The notes under the pieces were generated by a model. It saw only the letters and a list, made by a program, of their open reading frames with translations, searched no databases and was not told the origin of the DNA. From Octopus bimaculoides (taxonomy: Eukaryota): a DNA stretch of 64,000 bases. Where the stretch lies: positions 101,949,449-102,013,448 of the forward strand of contig NC_068981.1 of NCBI RefSeq assembly GCF_001194135.2, in the 5' to 3' direction. A program made the position numbers and the translations under genes. The stretch's first letter is position 1. Each line of letters begins with the position of its first letter. Positions 37,782-49,200 of this stretch are shown here, piece by piece.

Positions 37782-38490
37782 GAGAAAGCAACCATACTGT
37801 GGGATATGCCAATACACACATATAGAGAAATTAAGGCTAATAGACCATATATAGTTGTCAAAGATCATGAAGGAAAGAAATGCTTTCTAATTGATGTATC
37901 AATACCAGCAGATGACAACGTTTCCCTAAAAGAAATGGAGAAACTTTCAAAATACAAAGACCTGGAAATAGGGGTAACTTGAATGTGGAATCTAAAAACA
38001 GAAACAATTCCTATCATAGTAGGTGCCTTAGGTATAATAAAAAAATATTCAGACAAATACATAACAAAAACACCAGGATTTACAAATATATATAACATAC
38101 ACAAAATTGCACTACTGGGCACTGCACACATCCTACACAAAACACTTTCAATACAGTAACCATAAGAGCATCACAGCAAACCACAGCACATACCCAAGGC
38201 ACACAGAGCTGCGCTCGGTAGTGAAGTGAAAGCACGTTATAAAAATAAAACTACTGAATAATAATAATAATAATAATAATGGTTTCAAATTTTGCCACAA
38301 GGGCAGCCATTTTGGGGGAGGGGATGAGTCAATTACTTCAACCCTAGTGTTCAACTGGTACTTATTTTATCGACCCCGAAAGGATGAAAGGCAAAGTTGA
38401 CCTTGACGGAATTTCACCTGAGAATGTAGTGGCAGACGAAATGCTGCTAAACATTTTGCCTGGTGTGCAAATGATTCTGCCAGCTTGCTG

Positions 38491-38548
<58 letters not shown>

Positions 38549-38765
38549 TCCTTCTAATTTTAGTACAAGGCCAGCAATTTTGAGGAGGTAGGATAGTTGT
38601 TTACATTGACCCCCATGTTCAACTAATACTTATTTTATTGAACCCAAAAAGATAAAAAGCAAAAGTTGACCTCAGTGGCATTTGAACTTAGAATGTAAAA
38701 AGAAGGAAGAAATGTCACTTAGCACTTAGTCAGATGTACTAATGATCCTGCCAGTTCACCTCTCT
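36210..38765 (-). repeat. Cluster of about 7 same-orientation SINE B copies separated by (AAT)n
   Basis: Copies at about 36210-36418, 36439-36643, 36835-37040, 37135-37325, 37390-37450, 38281-38494 and 38548-38765. Confidence 0.8.
37779..38280 (+). mobile_element. R4/Dong-clade non-LTR retrotransposon 3' end (restriction-like endonuclease + 3' UTR + (AAT)n)
   Basis: 37779-38159 translates to NEKATILWDMPIHTYREIKANRPYIVVKDHEGKKCFLIDVSIPADDNVSLKEMEKLSKYKDLEIGVT*MWNLKTETIPIIVGALG...KIALLGTAHILHKTLSIQ*. (AAT)n lies on both sides. Confidence 0.9.
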
Positions 38766-41679
38766 AATAATAATAATAGTTCTGATACTGAAAGGAGGGA
38801 ATCAATAAAATAAATATCATTTAAGTACTAGAGTTGATGGTTCTGACTAATCCACTATCCTCAAAATTACTGACTTTATGCCTAAATCAGAAACCCTTAC
38901 TATCAATATTATTATTACTGGCAAGGTGGTGAGCTGACAGAACTATGAGCATGCTGGACAAAATACTTAGTGGCATTTTGTTTGTTTTCACATTCTGCCG
39001 AAGCTGACTTCGCCTTTCATCCTTTTGGGTTTGATAACATAGGTACTAGTTGAACATTAAACATTGGGGTTGATGTAATTTGAAAGTCAATATTTTTGAT
39101 CTAGAAGAGGACAGCAATAAAATGCAACATACATTAGAACACTTAACTAAATGCCTTACAATATTTACTTAAATTTTTCTTGATGTTTTTTAGCCCTTGG
39201 AAACTAGTGAAGGATACATATGACTTATGATTAAAGGCATTCCATCTGTAATCCATCTTTTTTCTTCATATATGATGTATCTAAGACTACATTTTTATGG
39301 TCTTCCTTTGTTCACAATCATTGGAGCATGAAGTGCTCCTCTGGAATGCAGGTTTGAGAGATGGTTGCGATCTGTAAATAGTTCTGAGTTGGAACTGGAA
39401 AGAGAAGTATGAACAAGCAATGTGCATGTGCACAGTGGATTTGTAAAACAGAAGAGAAAAATAAAAACACAATGAGCTTGTTAAACAAGTTAAATGATGG
39501 CCTGCATGCCATATATGACATCACTACACACAGCTTTGATGCAATTTTCTTGTTTAAAGATATGATTAGAGAAAAATTTGGCTGATATTTCTAGTAAGTC
39601 AAGAAACCACATAGAAGCTCTTTCTTTAACTCATCTCATTGCTTTACTTTTCTCACTTAAAACATCACAAGAGTTGACTATACCTCATCCCTCTACAGTA
39701 CCACTTAAACAATGAGGTTATATTCATTTTTTAAATTTTCATTACTTTTTTTTTTTTTACCATTTAGCTTAAGACAGTTGGACAGTGGGAGGGAAGGAGG
39801 GAGGAAGAGAGTTATCTTCCAATCAGAGATCTGTCTGAACCAAGTGCTTGCAATAAAGTGAACTCCACTAAAAGCACACAAGGGTCAGCTGGTGGGGTTA
39901 AACCAACTGACATAGTAAGTCTGCCCCCAAGAACTCAAGACAGAAAGAGTTGCAACAAATACTAGATGACATCTTGAGTGATGCTCTAATTATTCCACCT
40001 GTCTACCACTTTGGATTAATACCCTTGGAATAGTACTTTATTCAACCCCTAAAAGCTGCAAGGCAATACTGACCTTGGCAAGTTTTGAACTCAAGTGTGA
40101 AGAGCTGGAAAACATACAATAAACCATTTAGTTCTGTACTCAAACAATCCACCATATACAATATCCAAAGATGAGAATTTCTTTATCACATGCAACAACA
40201 TGATGCATATATTGAAGTGTAGTTCGATAGAGATCAGAGGTCAGATAGAGAAATTAATATCAGAGTAATATAGTTGACATTAAAAGACTAACAGAATACA
40301 GAGTGTTAATTAGACTTAACAGCTTTTCTAGATGATCGTTCATTCAAGATGTATATTCCCATATTTCAACAAATCTGTGATGTGCAGTCAATGTAGAAAT
40401 CAATATTAGTGGTCAAAACAGTGTAATTCACTGTATTACTCAAACCAGACTTTCTATTGTGCTACTTTCAAATCCTAATGGAGTTGATGCTACCTTTCCA
40501 TTGTCAGATTTTAAAACAAAATTTATATTAAAAGAGATTTGCAAACATTAATCTTCATCATGTAGTCACTTCAGCAGGAGACATCCAATGAGAATAATCT
40601 GTGGTACACTGCAACAAAATGTAGTTTGCAGCATCCATGCTTGTGTGTATCTATGTGACATGTTACACTCTCTCACAGTATGCAGATTGCCTGNNNNNNN
40701 NNNCATGTTACACTCTCTCACAGTATGCAGATTGCCTGTGTACTGCACCACACACACACACATATCCTAGCATGCATCTAAAAGAAGGCCATTTGACTGA
40801 TTAGACCAATTAACTTAATATGTTGCAGCTGCTGGCTCACAAATATGTTGTTTATTCTCTTTGTCTCTTCCGTTGCATTAGCAATGACCTCTGCTCTTCT
40901 GAGCTGAATTGCTCTCTCCAGCCAGATCTATTTATCCTGCTCCAAACTTCACACTAAACATTTCATTCAGTTTTCCCTCCCCAAACTGCAAATCTCTGGA
41001 ATTTTCTTTCAACTTATGCATCAAGCTAACCAGTCTTCAACGAAGACATGTTACGATACAGGTAAAGAAATTTGAAAAGAAAATACGAAACCGGTTATTT
41101 CTCCAAAAACAATGTTTCTATACTCAAAATTTTATAACGTTTTTCTAACATAACGATTTAAATATATACTTTAACCATATAACACAAGCCTTCTGTAGTT
41201 TTTTCACTTTTTTCTATCTTTTATACATCCAACCACGTGCTTTCACATACCAACTTTCTCACANNNNNNNNNNAATCCTAGTCAGTCAACCAAATATTTT
41301 AGATGTATTAGAAATTTTAGACAATTTAGGCAGGCTGCCATTTTGAACATTGACATCTTTATTCCTATATTTATCAACCTCTCATTCTCTTTGTGCCTCC
41401 TATATTTATCACGCATAACTTTTTACATGTAATCCTTATTTATATGTGATTTTATATTATTTTATACATTTTTATATGCTTTTATATCTCTCCTATATTG
41501 TTATGTATGTTTGGTTTTATTCTTTATACCCTTGGAGAATATGCCAATACATGCTTGATTTATGTTGATGTGTAAAAATATATATGATTCAATTACATTG
41601 ATTGAATATCTTCATTTATGTGTTTGGGAATTTGGTTGACTGCCTAGGACTTGCATTTATATTTTCCTCTATTTTGTAT

Positions 41680-41732
<53 letters not shown>

Positions 41733-41939
41733 ATATACATGAGTGTTAGGTTTTAGGAAGGGCATCCAGCCGTAAAAAAAGTGCCAAAATAGACACATAA
41801 GTATGGTGCAGGCTTCTGCTTAGCCATCTCCTGTCAAACTGTCTGTAATGTTGAATTGGTATTCCAGAAGCATGCAGGAGTCGGGCTCCCATTAGAGGCC
41901 TACAAAATTTGAAGTAGCACAGAATAAAATCAAACTTTT

Positions 41940-43308
41940 CTCAGTATCATCACAGCCACAGCACAAATAGCTGATTTGGTCGGTGTATATATATACTTTA
42001 TGAAATGGCAGAACAGTTCCCAAGCATCAATGGAGGTCTCTGTCGTGATGATTGTTTACTCTACCTTTCAAAATGTTTCTAACCAAAAAGTACAAAGGGC
42101 TTAGAATGGGCTTAGGCATCGTTTTTGATGATGATGTAATGAAAGCCAACTTTTTAGATATTACACTTAACTTACACAATAATTCATACTTCCCATACCA
42201 CAAACCATCAACCAATCTTAAGTATATTAGCCAATTCAGTAATCATTCTAGGGTAGTAACTAAGAAAGTAGTTAAAAATATTTCATTCAGATTGTTAAGT
42301 TATCTGTTAATGTTAACATTTTCAATGACAAGGCTGAATTTTATAACTCTGCCTTACTTAAAGCAGGGTATACGTTGAAAGTTACTTACATTAATTCTAT
42401 TCAGTCTTATTCTACCTTTAGTAATGGAGACATGAAATCTAGTTGTAATGATATGAACGATACTAATTTTAATTTCGACGCCAACACCAAACAAAGTAAG
42501 GTTTTTTTTACAATGTAAGGGAGATAACCATTATTTAAAACCCTTTTTTCATTCTAAAAGTAAATCGATGTCTTTTAAAGATAGTTACACTAAAAATAAG
42601 GCAACTACTATTTGGTTGATTATTCCTTATGAGAGGCAAATTAAATCTAATCTTCCTTTCCAGTTCTGTGGAGCTATTATTAAAAATTTTCCAAAGAATT
42701 CTAAGTATTACTCGATAATCAACTTGTACATGGTTAGGATTAGCTTTTCTAACACAAAAAAATCTTTCACAAATTATCTCTTCACATAATATTAGTCTGT
42801 TAAATAAGAATCCAATTACTGAAAATAATAACATTAATTTAGCTAATACGAACCATCCCCCTAGAAATATTAACAAGAAGGTTATTGTCTCTGAAATCAA
42901 TTCCAACAGAATTAAGTTTATGTCTAATAATTCTAAGACTAAAGACTCTATATACCAGTGTAAAATTACTTCCGGCACTGATGTCTTTTTTTATATAAGT
43001 AGTTCTTCTTCTCAATTATCTAAAAGAATTTCTAATCATTCCTCTACATTTGGGGATAGTAATAAACCCAACAGTACAAGGCTTAGTAAATTAATTTGGT
43101 ATCTAAAAGATCATAATAACAATCTACTTTAGATTGGTTGATTCTCTCCTTTTCATTCCCATACGATAAAGGCAAAGAATTCTGCCAACTCTGTAATAGT
43201 GAACTACTTTATATTCTTTTGTCTAAAAGTCCTCTTGTAAACACGTTTATAGAGCGTGCTTATCGATGTAAACATTGGCAGAAACATATCTTTAGTTCAT
43301 ATAAGTGA
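41940..43308 (+). mobile_element. Penelope-like retroelement, 5'-truncated (RT core/thumb + GIY-YIG endonuclease), frameshifted
   Basis: Motifs in order: GLCRDD (42035-42052), NFLDITLNL..YFPYHKP...SNH, IWLIIPY (WFNPPY-like), IISSHN, IYQCKIT..FYISS..KRISNH, STRLSKLIWYLKD, CQLC...RCKH. Stop at 43306-43308. Confidence 0.85.
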
Positions 43309-44200
43309 TATCTACCATTCTATATAATTTGAACATTGATTTTCTTCTTACATTTCACTTCCACTAGATATATCTATTTCCAAGCCTTTAAGCTTTTATT
43401 TTAATTCACATATCGCTCTGTATTTCCTCTTTATTAGTTTTCTGCTTATTTCTTTCCTTTACTCCTTCTCTTTCTATAGGCTACCTTTGACGTTATATCT
43501 TCTAGCGGTTTAAAAAAAACAAACTTAATAGTGTTTCGTTCATCATTATACACATTCATCACATTCTGTTAAAATGTCTTATTGATGAGCTTGGTTTCTN
43601 NNNNNNNNNNNNNNNNNNNNNNNNNNNNNNNNNNNNNNNNNNNNNNNNNNNNNNNNNNNNNNNNNNNNNNNNNNNNNNNNNNNNNNNNNNNNNNNNNNNN
43701 NNNNNNNNNNNNNNNNNNNNNNNNNNNNNNNNNNNNNNNNNNNNNNNNNNNNNNNNNNNNNNNNNNNNNNNNNNNNNNNNNNNNNNNNNNNNNNNNNNNN
43801 NNNNNNNNNNNNNNNNNNNNNNNNNNNNNNNNNNNNNNNATATATATATATATATATATAAAAGATAGGCACATACAATGGTCATTGCATATTTCTTTAT
43901 AGTAGTAAATTTGACTTTCAACTGTTTCCAGGTGTCATTATATGTTTATTATTGATAGGTTTACTCAATCAGCCCATTGATCAGTGGAGAAAAAAAATGA
44001 ATGACCTAGAAAATTAACGCTACTCTCATGAGAATCCTGGTGTACTAACAGAGCTTATAAAGTATTTTGCCCTGATTGATAATCCCTCACTAATAACTCT
44101 CTTTCTCTCTATATATAAATATATATGTACATACATACACATGCATAAACATTTTTCTTCATTACCTATCTGTGTATCTACTATATGTGCATATATGTAT

Positions 44201-44252
<52 letters not shown>

Positions 44253-44639
44253 TAGAGAGAGAGATATAGAGGGAGAGAGAGAGATATAGAGGGAGAGAGA
44301 GAGATAATAAAGGAAATTGTCTTTGTGAAAAATGTTTCTCAGGTACTTCTTTGATCCCATTTGAGTAAACACAAACACACACAAAATAATGATGATAAAG
44401 ATAGTTATAATTATTAAGTGTATCTAATACATGAATATATTTGCATCTAAACAAAATATTGCTAGATACAATGATTTATCTGCATGAACTTATATATAAT
44501 ATATTCTTCCTGCAGGTTCATGGATGTACACAAACATACACATATGAATTCAAGCATAAACACATATTCACACAATGATATATGTGCATTTGAGTGATTA
44601 AATCTTACAAGAACTCGACAGAGTACATCTCAACAAAAA

Positions 44640-44890
44640 CCAAGTGAAGTATATCTCACTAAAAGTGCTTGACCAATAATTATAAACACTTACTGAAGGT
44701 CAGCCTCAAGACTTTTAGCCTTACAAAGGAAACGACTAAGAACCAAGATATTTGGCGCATAGCTGTACTCAAGAATACTTGTCCGCAACAGCAGATTTGA
44801 TACTGGTGCAGATGCTACATAAAAAACACCCATTACACTCTGTGGAGTGGTTTATGTTAGGGAGGGTATCCTGCTGTAGGAACCATCATC
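44640..44890 (+). mobile_element. Degenerate RTE 3' end
   Basis: TKNQDIWRIAVLK-type C-terminus followed by CACCCATTACACTCTGTGGAGTGG...GGGAGGGTATCC tail motif. Confidence 0.55.
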
Positions 44891-44992
44891 GGACTATAGA
44901 TAACCAAATTACAACAGGTATATAGTCCATTTTTTATATTACAGTGTATTGTTGTACCATTCTGAACTTTTTATTCTTTATATATATGTATC

Positions 44993-45294
44993 GAAATGTT
45001 AGCACCAAGCAGTGTTTAGGCATACGCAAAATTTAGGTCAGTTAAAATAGGTTTGTGACATATTTCAACTGCTAAAAAGCAAATTCACTGCAGTTAGCAT
45101 GGAGAAAATATCTCTCTTATGGTAAAGATGGTGACACTGAACAAACCAGGTGTCGTCACACTTTTTCACCATAAGAGAGATATTTTCTCCACAGTAACTG
45201 CAGTGAATTTACCTTTTAGCAGTTGAAATATGTCACATATTTTAACTAACTTAAATTTTGCTTATGCCTAAACACTGCTTGGTGCTAACATTTC
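44993..45294. mobile_element. 302-bp near-perfect fold-back (palindromic MITE-like); homology to the 1282-1518 copy extends to 45408
   Basis: GAAATGTTAGCACCAAGCAGTGTTTAGGCATA...TATGCCTAAACACTGCTTGGTGCTAACATTTC; arms of about 135 bp. No TSD seen. Confidence 0.85.
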
Positions 45295-45618
45295 ATTATT
45301 TTCCTCGATTAGGCAATCTACCAGCACAAATCAGTCAATGTTAATTGAATTTTACATAAAGCTATTGCTTGTTTTATAAGTTTGTTCAGGGTTGTCTCTC
45401 TTCGCTACATCGTTTGCTGCTGGAATCTTTGCTAGTGTGAGTCTTATTTTTTTGTTGGTGATTTTTGATTAATTGTTATACTGTTTGTTGCTCTGTGGAT
45501 TCCTGTGTAAATCGAACTTTTGACGTCGTTTCAGCAGTGTTTTCACCTTACGGGGCGGAAAATTGTTGTTAATTAATTATTGCGAACTTTGCCCGGTATA
45601 GGGTGAAATATTTTTTGA

Positions 45619-45892
45619 CTCTTTTACTTGTTTCAGTCATTTGACTGTGGCCATGCTGGAGCATCACCTTTTGTCGAGCAAATCGACCCCAGGACTTATT
45701 CTTTGTAAGCCTAGTACTTATTTTTTCGGTCTGTTTTGCCGAACCACTAAGTTACAGGGACATAAACACACCAGCGATGTTNNNNNNNNNNNNNNNNNNN
45801 NNNNNNNNNNNNNNNNNNNNNNNNNNNNNNNNNNNNNNNNNNNNNNNNNNNNNNNNNGGGGGGGGGGGACAAACACAGACACACTTCTACTT
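45619..45892 (-). mobile_element. SINE family A tail inserted in the LINE leader, spanning a gap
   Basis: ACTCTTTTACTTGTTTCAGTCATTTGACTGTGGCCATGCTGGAGC...GGACAAACACAGACAC. Confidence 0.85.
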
Positions 45893-45995
45893 TTGTCATT
45901 TGTAACAGGTGTTTTTTTCTACATTGTTGTCTGTAAAGACAATATTGCGTCAAAAAATCGAATTTGATTTAAAATCAAATAAAGATTTCCCCTCA

Positions 45996-46560
45996 ATGCA
46001 AGGAAATATTGAAGCAAATGAAAGTGAAAAACTGAGTTTTTCAGCGGCTGTTGGAAGCAACTTTATAGATATGAACATTACAAAGGAACAATTGTTCAAG
46101 TTCAGAAATCTTATAAAGAAGACGGGAAGTGACACTAAACTCTTGCCACCACCAGAGACTATACAAAGCCTGGCATCTAAAATGGTGGTCTATAAAATTT
46201 ACAATAAAAAGGAAAAGAAAATAATGCCTACAAAAAATGAAACAGTGGAAAAGTGTCTGGTGCCCATATGGGACAAAATTGTGTACACAGGAAAAGGAGT
46301 GAGAAGCACTACAGTGGAGGCGCATTTTAAAGATGCTGAAATAGCAAAGCAGATATCAACTCAACCATTAAAGAACAACAAAATAATCCTCCTTCCAACA
46401 TATTTAGGAAGGAGGACAGCAAAAATCATAATAGAGGAAATACCAACCGGGTACGAGGTGTCATGGTTGGCCACTGTGGTTATCTATGACGCCGAAGAGG
46501 GAATAACTATACTACAAATGAGTATGGGGGAGGCCATTAACTGGAAAGGCCAAATCCTGG
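45996..46560 (+). pseudogene. LINE ORF1 (RRM-like) N-terminal ~190 codons, uninterrupted
   Basis: MQGNIEANESEKLSFSAAVG...TTVEAHFKDAEIAKQISTQPLKNNKIILLPTYLGRRTAKIIIEEIP...WKGQIL. Identity is inferred from its position upstream of the RT and an RRM-like pattern. Confidence 0.6.
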
Positions 46561-46564
46561 ATAC

Positions 46565-46891
46565 TTGCTGGCCTGCATCTACACGAACTGGCAGCAGAAT
46601 GGGAGGATTCCCAGCTCTGTTAGTCGGGGAGTGGTGATGTTGATCAGAAAAGACCCGAACAAGGGGGGCGATATTAGCAATTTCAGGCCCATAACTCTAC
46701 TTAACGTAGAGCTAAAGATTTTGGCCAAAGTTCTAGCTAAAAGGTTGACGCTTGTCGCAGAAAAGCTAGTAGGGAAAGCACAGACATGCGCAATCCCAGA
46801 AAGGTAAATCCAGGACAACCTTCATTTCTTGTGCTACATGTTAGACAGGGTTGGTAAATTATCCAGCAAGGGTGGGCATTGGTCCATTTAG
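46565..46891 (+). pseudogene. L1/Tx1 reverse transcriptase fragment
   Basis: LLACIYTNWQQNGRIPSSVSRGVVMLIRKDPNKGGDISNFRPITLLNVELKILAKVLAKRL...QTCAIPER*IQDNLH...GGALVHL. Confidence 0.9.
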
Positions 46892-47282
46892 AATATACAC
46901 ATCTGTGAGGAGACCTAAACAAGAATAGCAAAAGTCTACTATACCTAAAGAACTGGTAATACATACATTACAAGTGTTCAACATGAATGAGAAACGACAT
47001 TAAACATTGTATAAGGTAAATTAAGTTTTCTGTAGGAACGCTAAGTCATATTCACTTAGTGAGTTTACATGCTCAAGGATGAATTATGATGTCATCGGCG
47101 TTAGATGCAGTAAAATATGGCCTGGATCGTGATTACCAGCATGAACGTCAAACTTCAAAAAGTAGTTGACCATTTAATGGTTTTAGTAAATTTATAAAGA
47201 AAAAGTAAGCATTATATCGTTGAGCATAAATAAAAGTCAACTTCATTATATTTTTTCTGTAAAAACCTATTCTGATATTAAA

Positions 47283-47298
47283 TGAGTCAACTTCCGGT
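47283..47298. promoter_or_regulatory. Abutting AP-1 (TGAGTCA) and ETS (ACTTCCGG) motifs in a CpG-retaining unique segment
   Basis: TGAGTCA at 47283-47289 is directly followed by ACTTCCGGT at 47290-47298; CRE-like TGATGTCA at 47087-47094. Motif match only. Confidence 0.3.
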
Positions 47299-47512
47299 AC
47301 AAATATTTTTCAACAAAAAAAATTTCTAAAAAAATACTGGAAACGATCTACTCATGTAATTTATACACCCCTCAAGTTTATTTTTGTTTGTATGAAAAAA
47401 AAGTGCAAAAATTACATGGGTTTTTACAGTAAGTGAGATGGAAATGTCTGAGTGAAGGTGGTGGCATGGAGCCTGGGCAACACTGAGAAGCAGTGGATAT
47501 TATAATATCTGT

Positions 47513-47578
47513 TACACACAAATCCCATCCCCTGTACACACACACACAAATCCCATTCCCTGTACACACACACACATC
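47513..47578. repeat. Two-copy ~30-bp minisatellite (ACACACAAATCCCATyCCCTGTACACAC)
   Basis: Direct inspection. Confidence 0.85.
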
Positions 47579-47984
47579 ACAGCAACTGTCAATAATCAGT
47601 ATGGGAGACAATTATACAAGAATCTGAATTAAACGTGTTTCCTGAAATCTGTAGCGTAACTTAATGCTCTAGTCACCAAACCATATCAACACAGTGGAAA
47701 CTACATGCAAATAAATAACCTGACTAATGTAATTTTGCAGCCGTTTTGTTTTTCTTTAGCTTAATCTTCTTTTTATATTTTGCTAGTCTTCCTGTTTTCA
47801 TGGTATTACCATTTATTGTAGTCTGCTAATAGAGTTGTTGTAGGTAAAGCTGTTGGTGACTGTGTATTTGACTGCTTCCATCTCACTGATTGAGTGTATA
47901 TACTATATCCCTGGCAAAAAACATTTAGGCTCACAATATCTTTGGTCGACTAGCTGTAAATAGGTAATTCTATTTTGAGTGTAT

Positions 47985-48145
47985 AATGGACCGAAACAAA
48001 ACCAGTAAAGAGGTTTTAAGAAAAGCAACTAAAAAATAATTCTATTAGACACCATCAAAGAGAGAAAAAGTTGAGTATTTTGGACACTTAATTACAAAAC
48101 AAAATAGATCACAGAAACTGTTAGCAAAAAGCAAAATGAATGGAA
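47985..48145 (+). pseudogene. Second RTE family (BovB-like) ORF2 C-terminal remnant
   Basis: WTE.KTSKEVLRKA...LLDTIKERKVEYFGHLI...KLLAKSKMNG across frameshifts. Confidence 0.6.
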
Positions 48146-48639
48146 ATGACAAAACGTTGAAGCAAGTTGTGAGACCTTATGCTGCAGAGGACTCATTCAA
48201 CCCATGTAAACATGGAGAAGAGAATGTAAAACAAATACTGTTTTATATACATATACATACATACATATCACTATCATTATCATCGTTTAACATCCGCTTT
48301 CCATGCTGGCATGGGTTGGACGGTTTGAATGAGGACTGGCGTGTGTATGTGTATTAGTGTATGTATGCATGTATGAGTGTGTGTATGCATGCATATGCAT
48401 TCATGAAAAAATATGTACCAAGCATATAAATAAGTACTGGGGTTGACATGATTGACTAAGCACTAAACCCATGAAATATGACTGCAATAAGTAAGAGAAT
48501 GAAAAAAATAAAATAAAAATGTAAAAATAATGTAATCAGTGAGAAACATAAAAACAAGTTAAGATTGGAATATCACTTTTAATTGTAAATGTCAGATCAC
48601 TCATGACCTGGGGTTAAACAACCACAACAACAGCTATCT

Positions 48640-49060
48640 ATCTTTCTTTCTTCCACTTCCTTCCTAAAGACAAGACATGCTTTTGCCTGTCTCTTCTCAA
48701 AGCTCCTTTCTCCAGCATTCACCACTTCACCTCTTTATGGCTTAACAGTCCTTACCATTTATTAATCTGTTTTGTTCTCACTGTCCTGGTTTTATCACAA
48801 CTTTAACCCTCTGAAAATCCCCAATTTTTTAAAAATTTGCTTTGTGGGAATGACTGTTTTAATGAAGTCGTGTCTTGTCCCTACGTTTGAAATGCAGAGT
48901 AGATAAAACAGGGGACAACTGATGTTCTTTATGTTGCCTGTCTCATTTCTCTATTTGTTTTTTTTCATTGTTTGGAAAAAAATTTCGTTTTCCATGTTTT
49001 TGTTTTTTATGTTCTTGTTTCTCATCTTGTTCACATTTTTTTTGATGCCCTGTACCCTTA
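48640..49060 (+). mobile_element. Possible Penelope 3' end / pseudo-LTR remnant
   Basis: PLYGLNSPYHL* type ending across a frameshift, a pyrimidine-rich UTR, and a badly decayed hammerhead-like layout near 48853-48911. Confidence 0.3.
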
Positions 49061-49096
49061 TATGCATGTATATGTACATATATATGTAGGTATGTA

Positions 49097-49112
49097 CATA
49101 CATGTATGTATA

Positions 49113-49198
<86 letters not shown>
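49097..49198. repeat. (TA)~50 microsatellite
   Basis: Direct inspection. Confidence 0.95.

Positions 49199-49200
<2 letters not shown>

Larger units (their letters stand above)
45410..46891 (+). mobile_element. L1/Tx1-clade LINE: putative 5' UTR, ORF1 N-terminus, large internal deletion, RT fragment
   Basis: CpG-retaining leader at 45410-45618, ORF1-like frame, then directly RT subdomains 0-2. Confidence 0.75.

Noticed and set aside
40658-40738. Exact 35-bp direct repeat CATGTTACACTCTCTCACAGTATGCAGATTGCCTG
   Set aside because: Separated only by a 10-N gap; assembly artefact, not a CRISPR-like repeat.
43570-43599. TTGATGAGC downstream of the Penelope ORF as a possible pLTR hammerhead
   Set aside because: C3 is mutated and the sequence enters a gap before any GAAA box or stems can be checked.
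48853-48911. Hammerhead-like layout CTGTTT-TAATGA...GAAA...ATA-AAACAG
   Set aside because: The core has several changes and stems II and III pair poorly; too degenerate to call.
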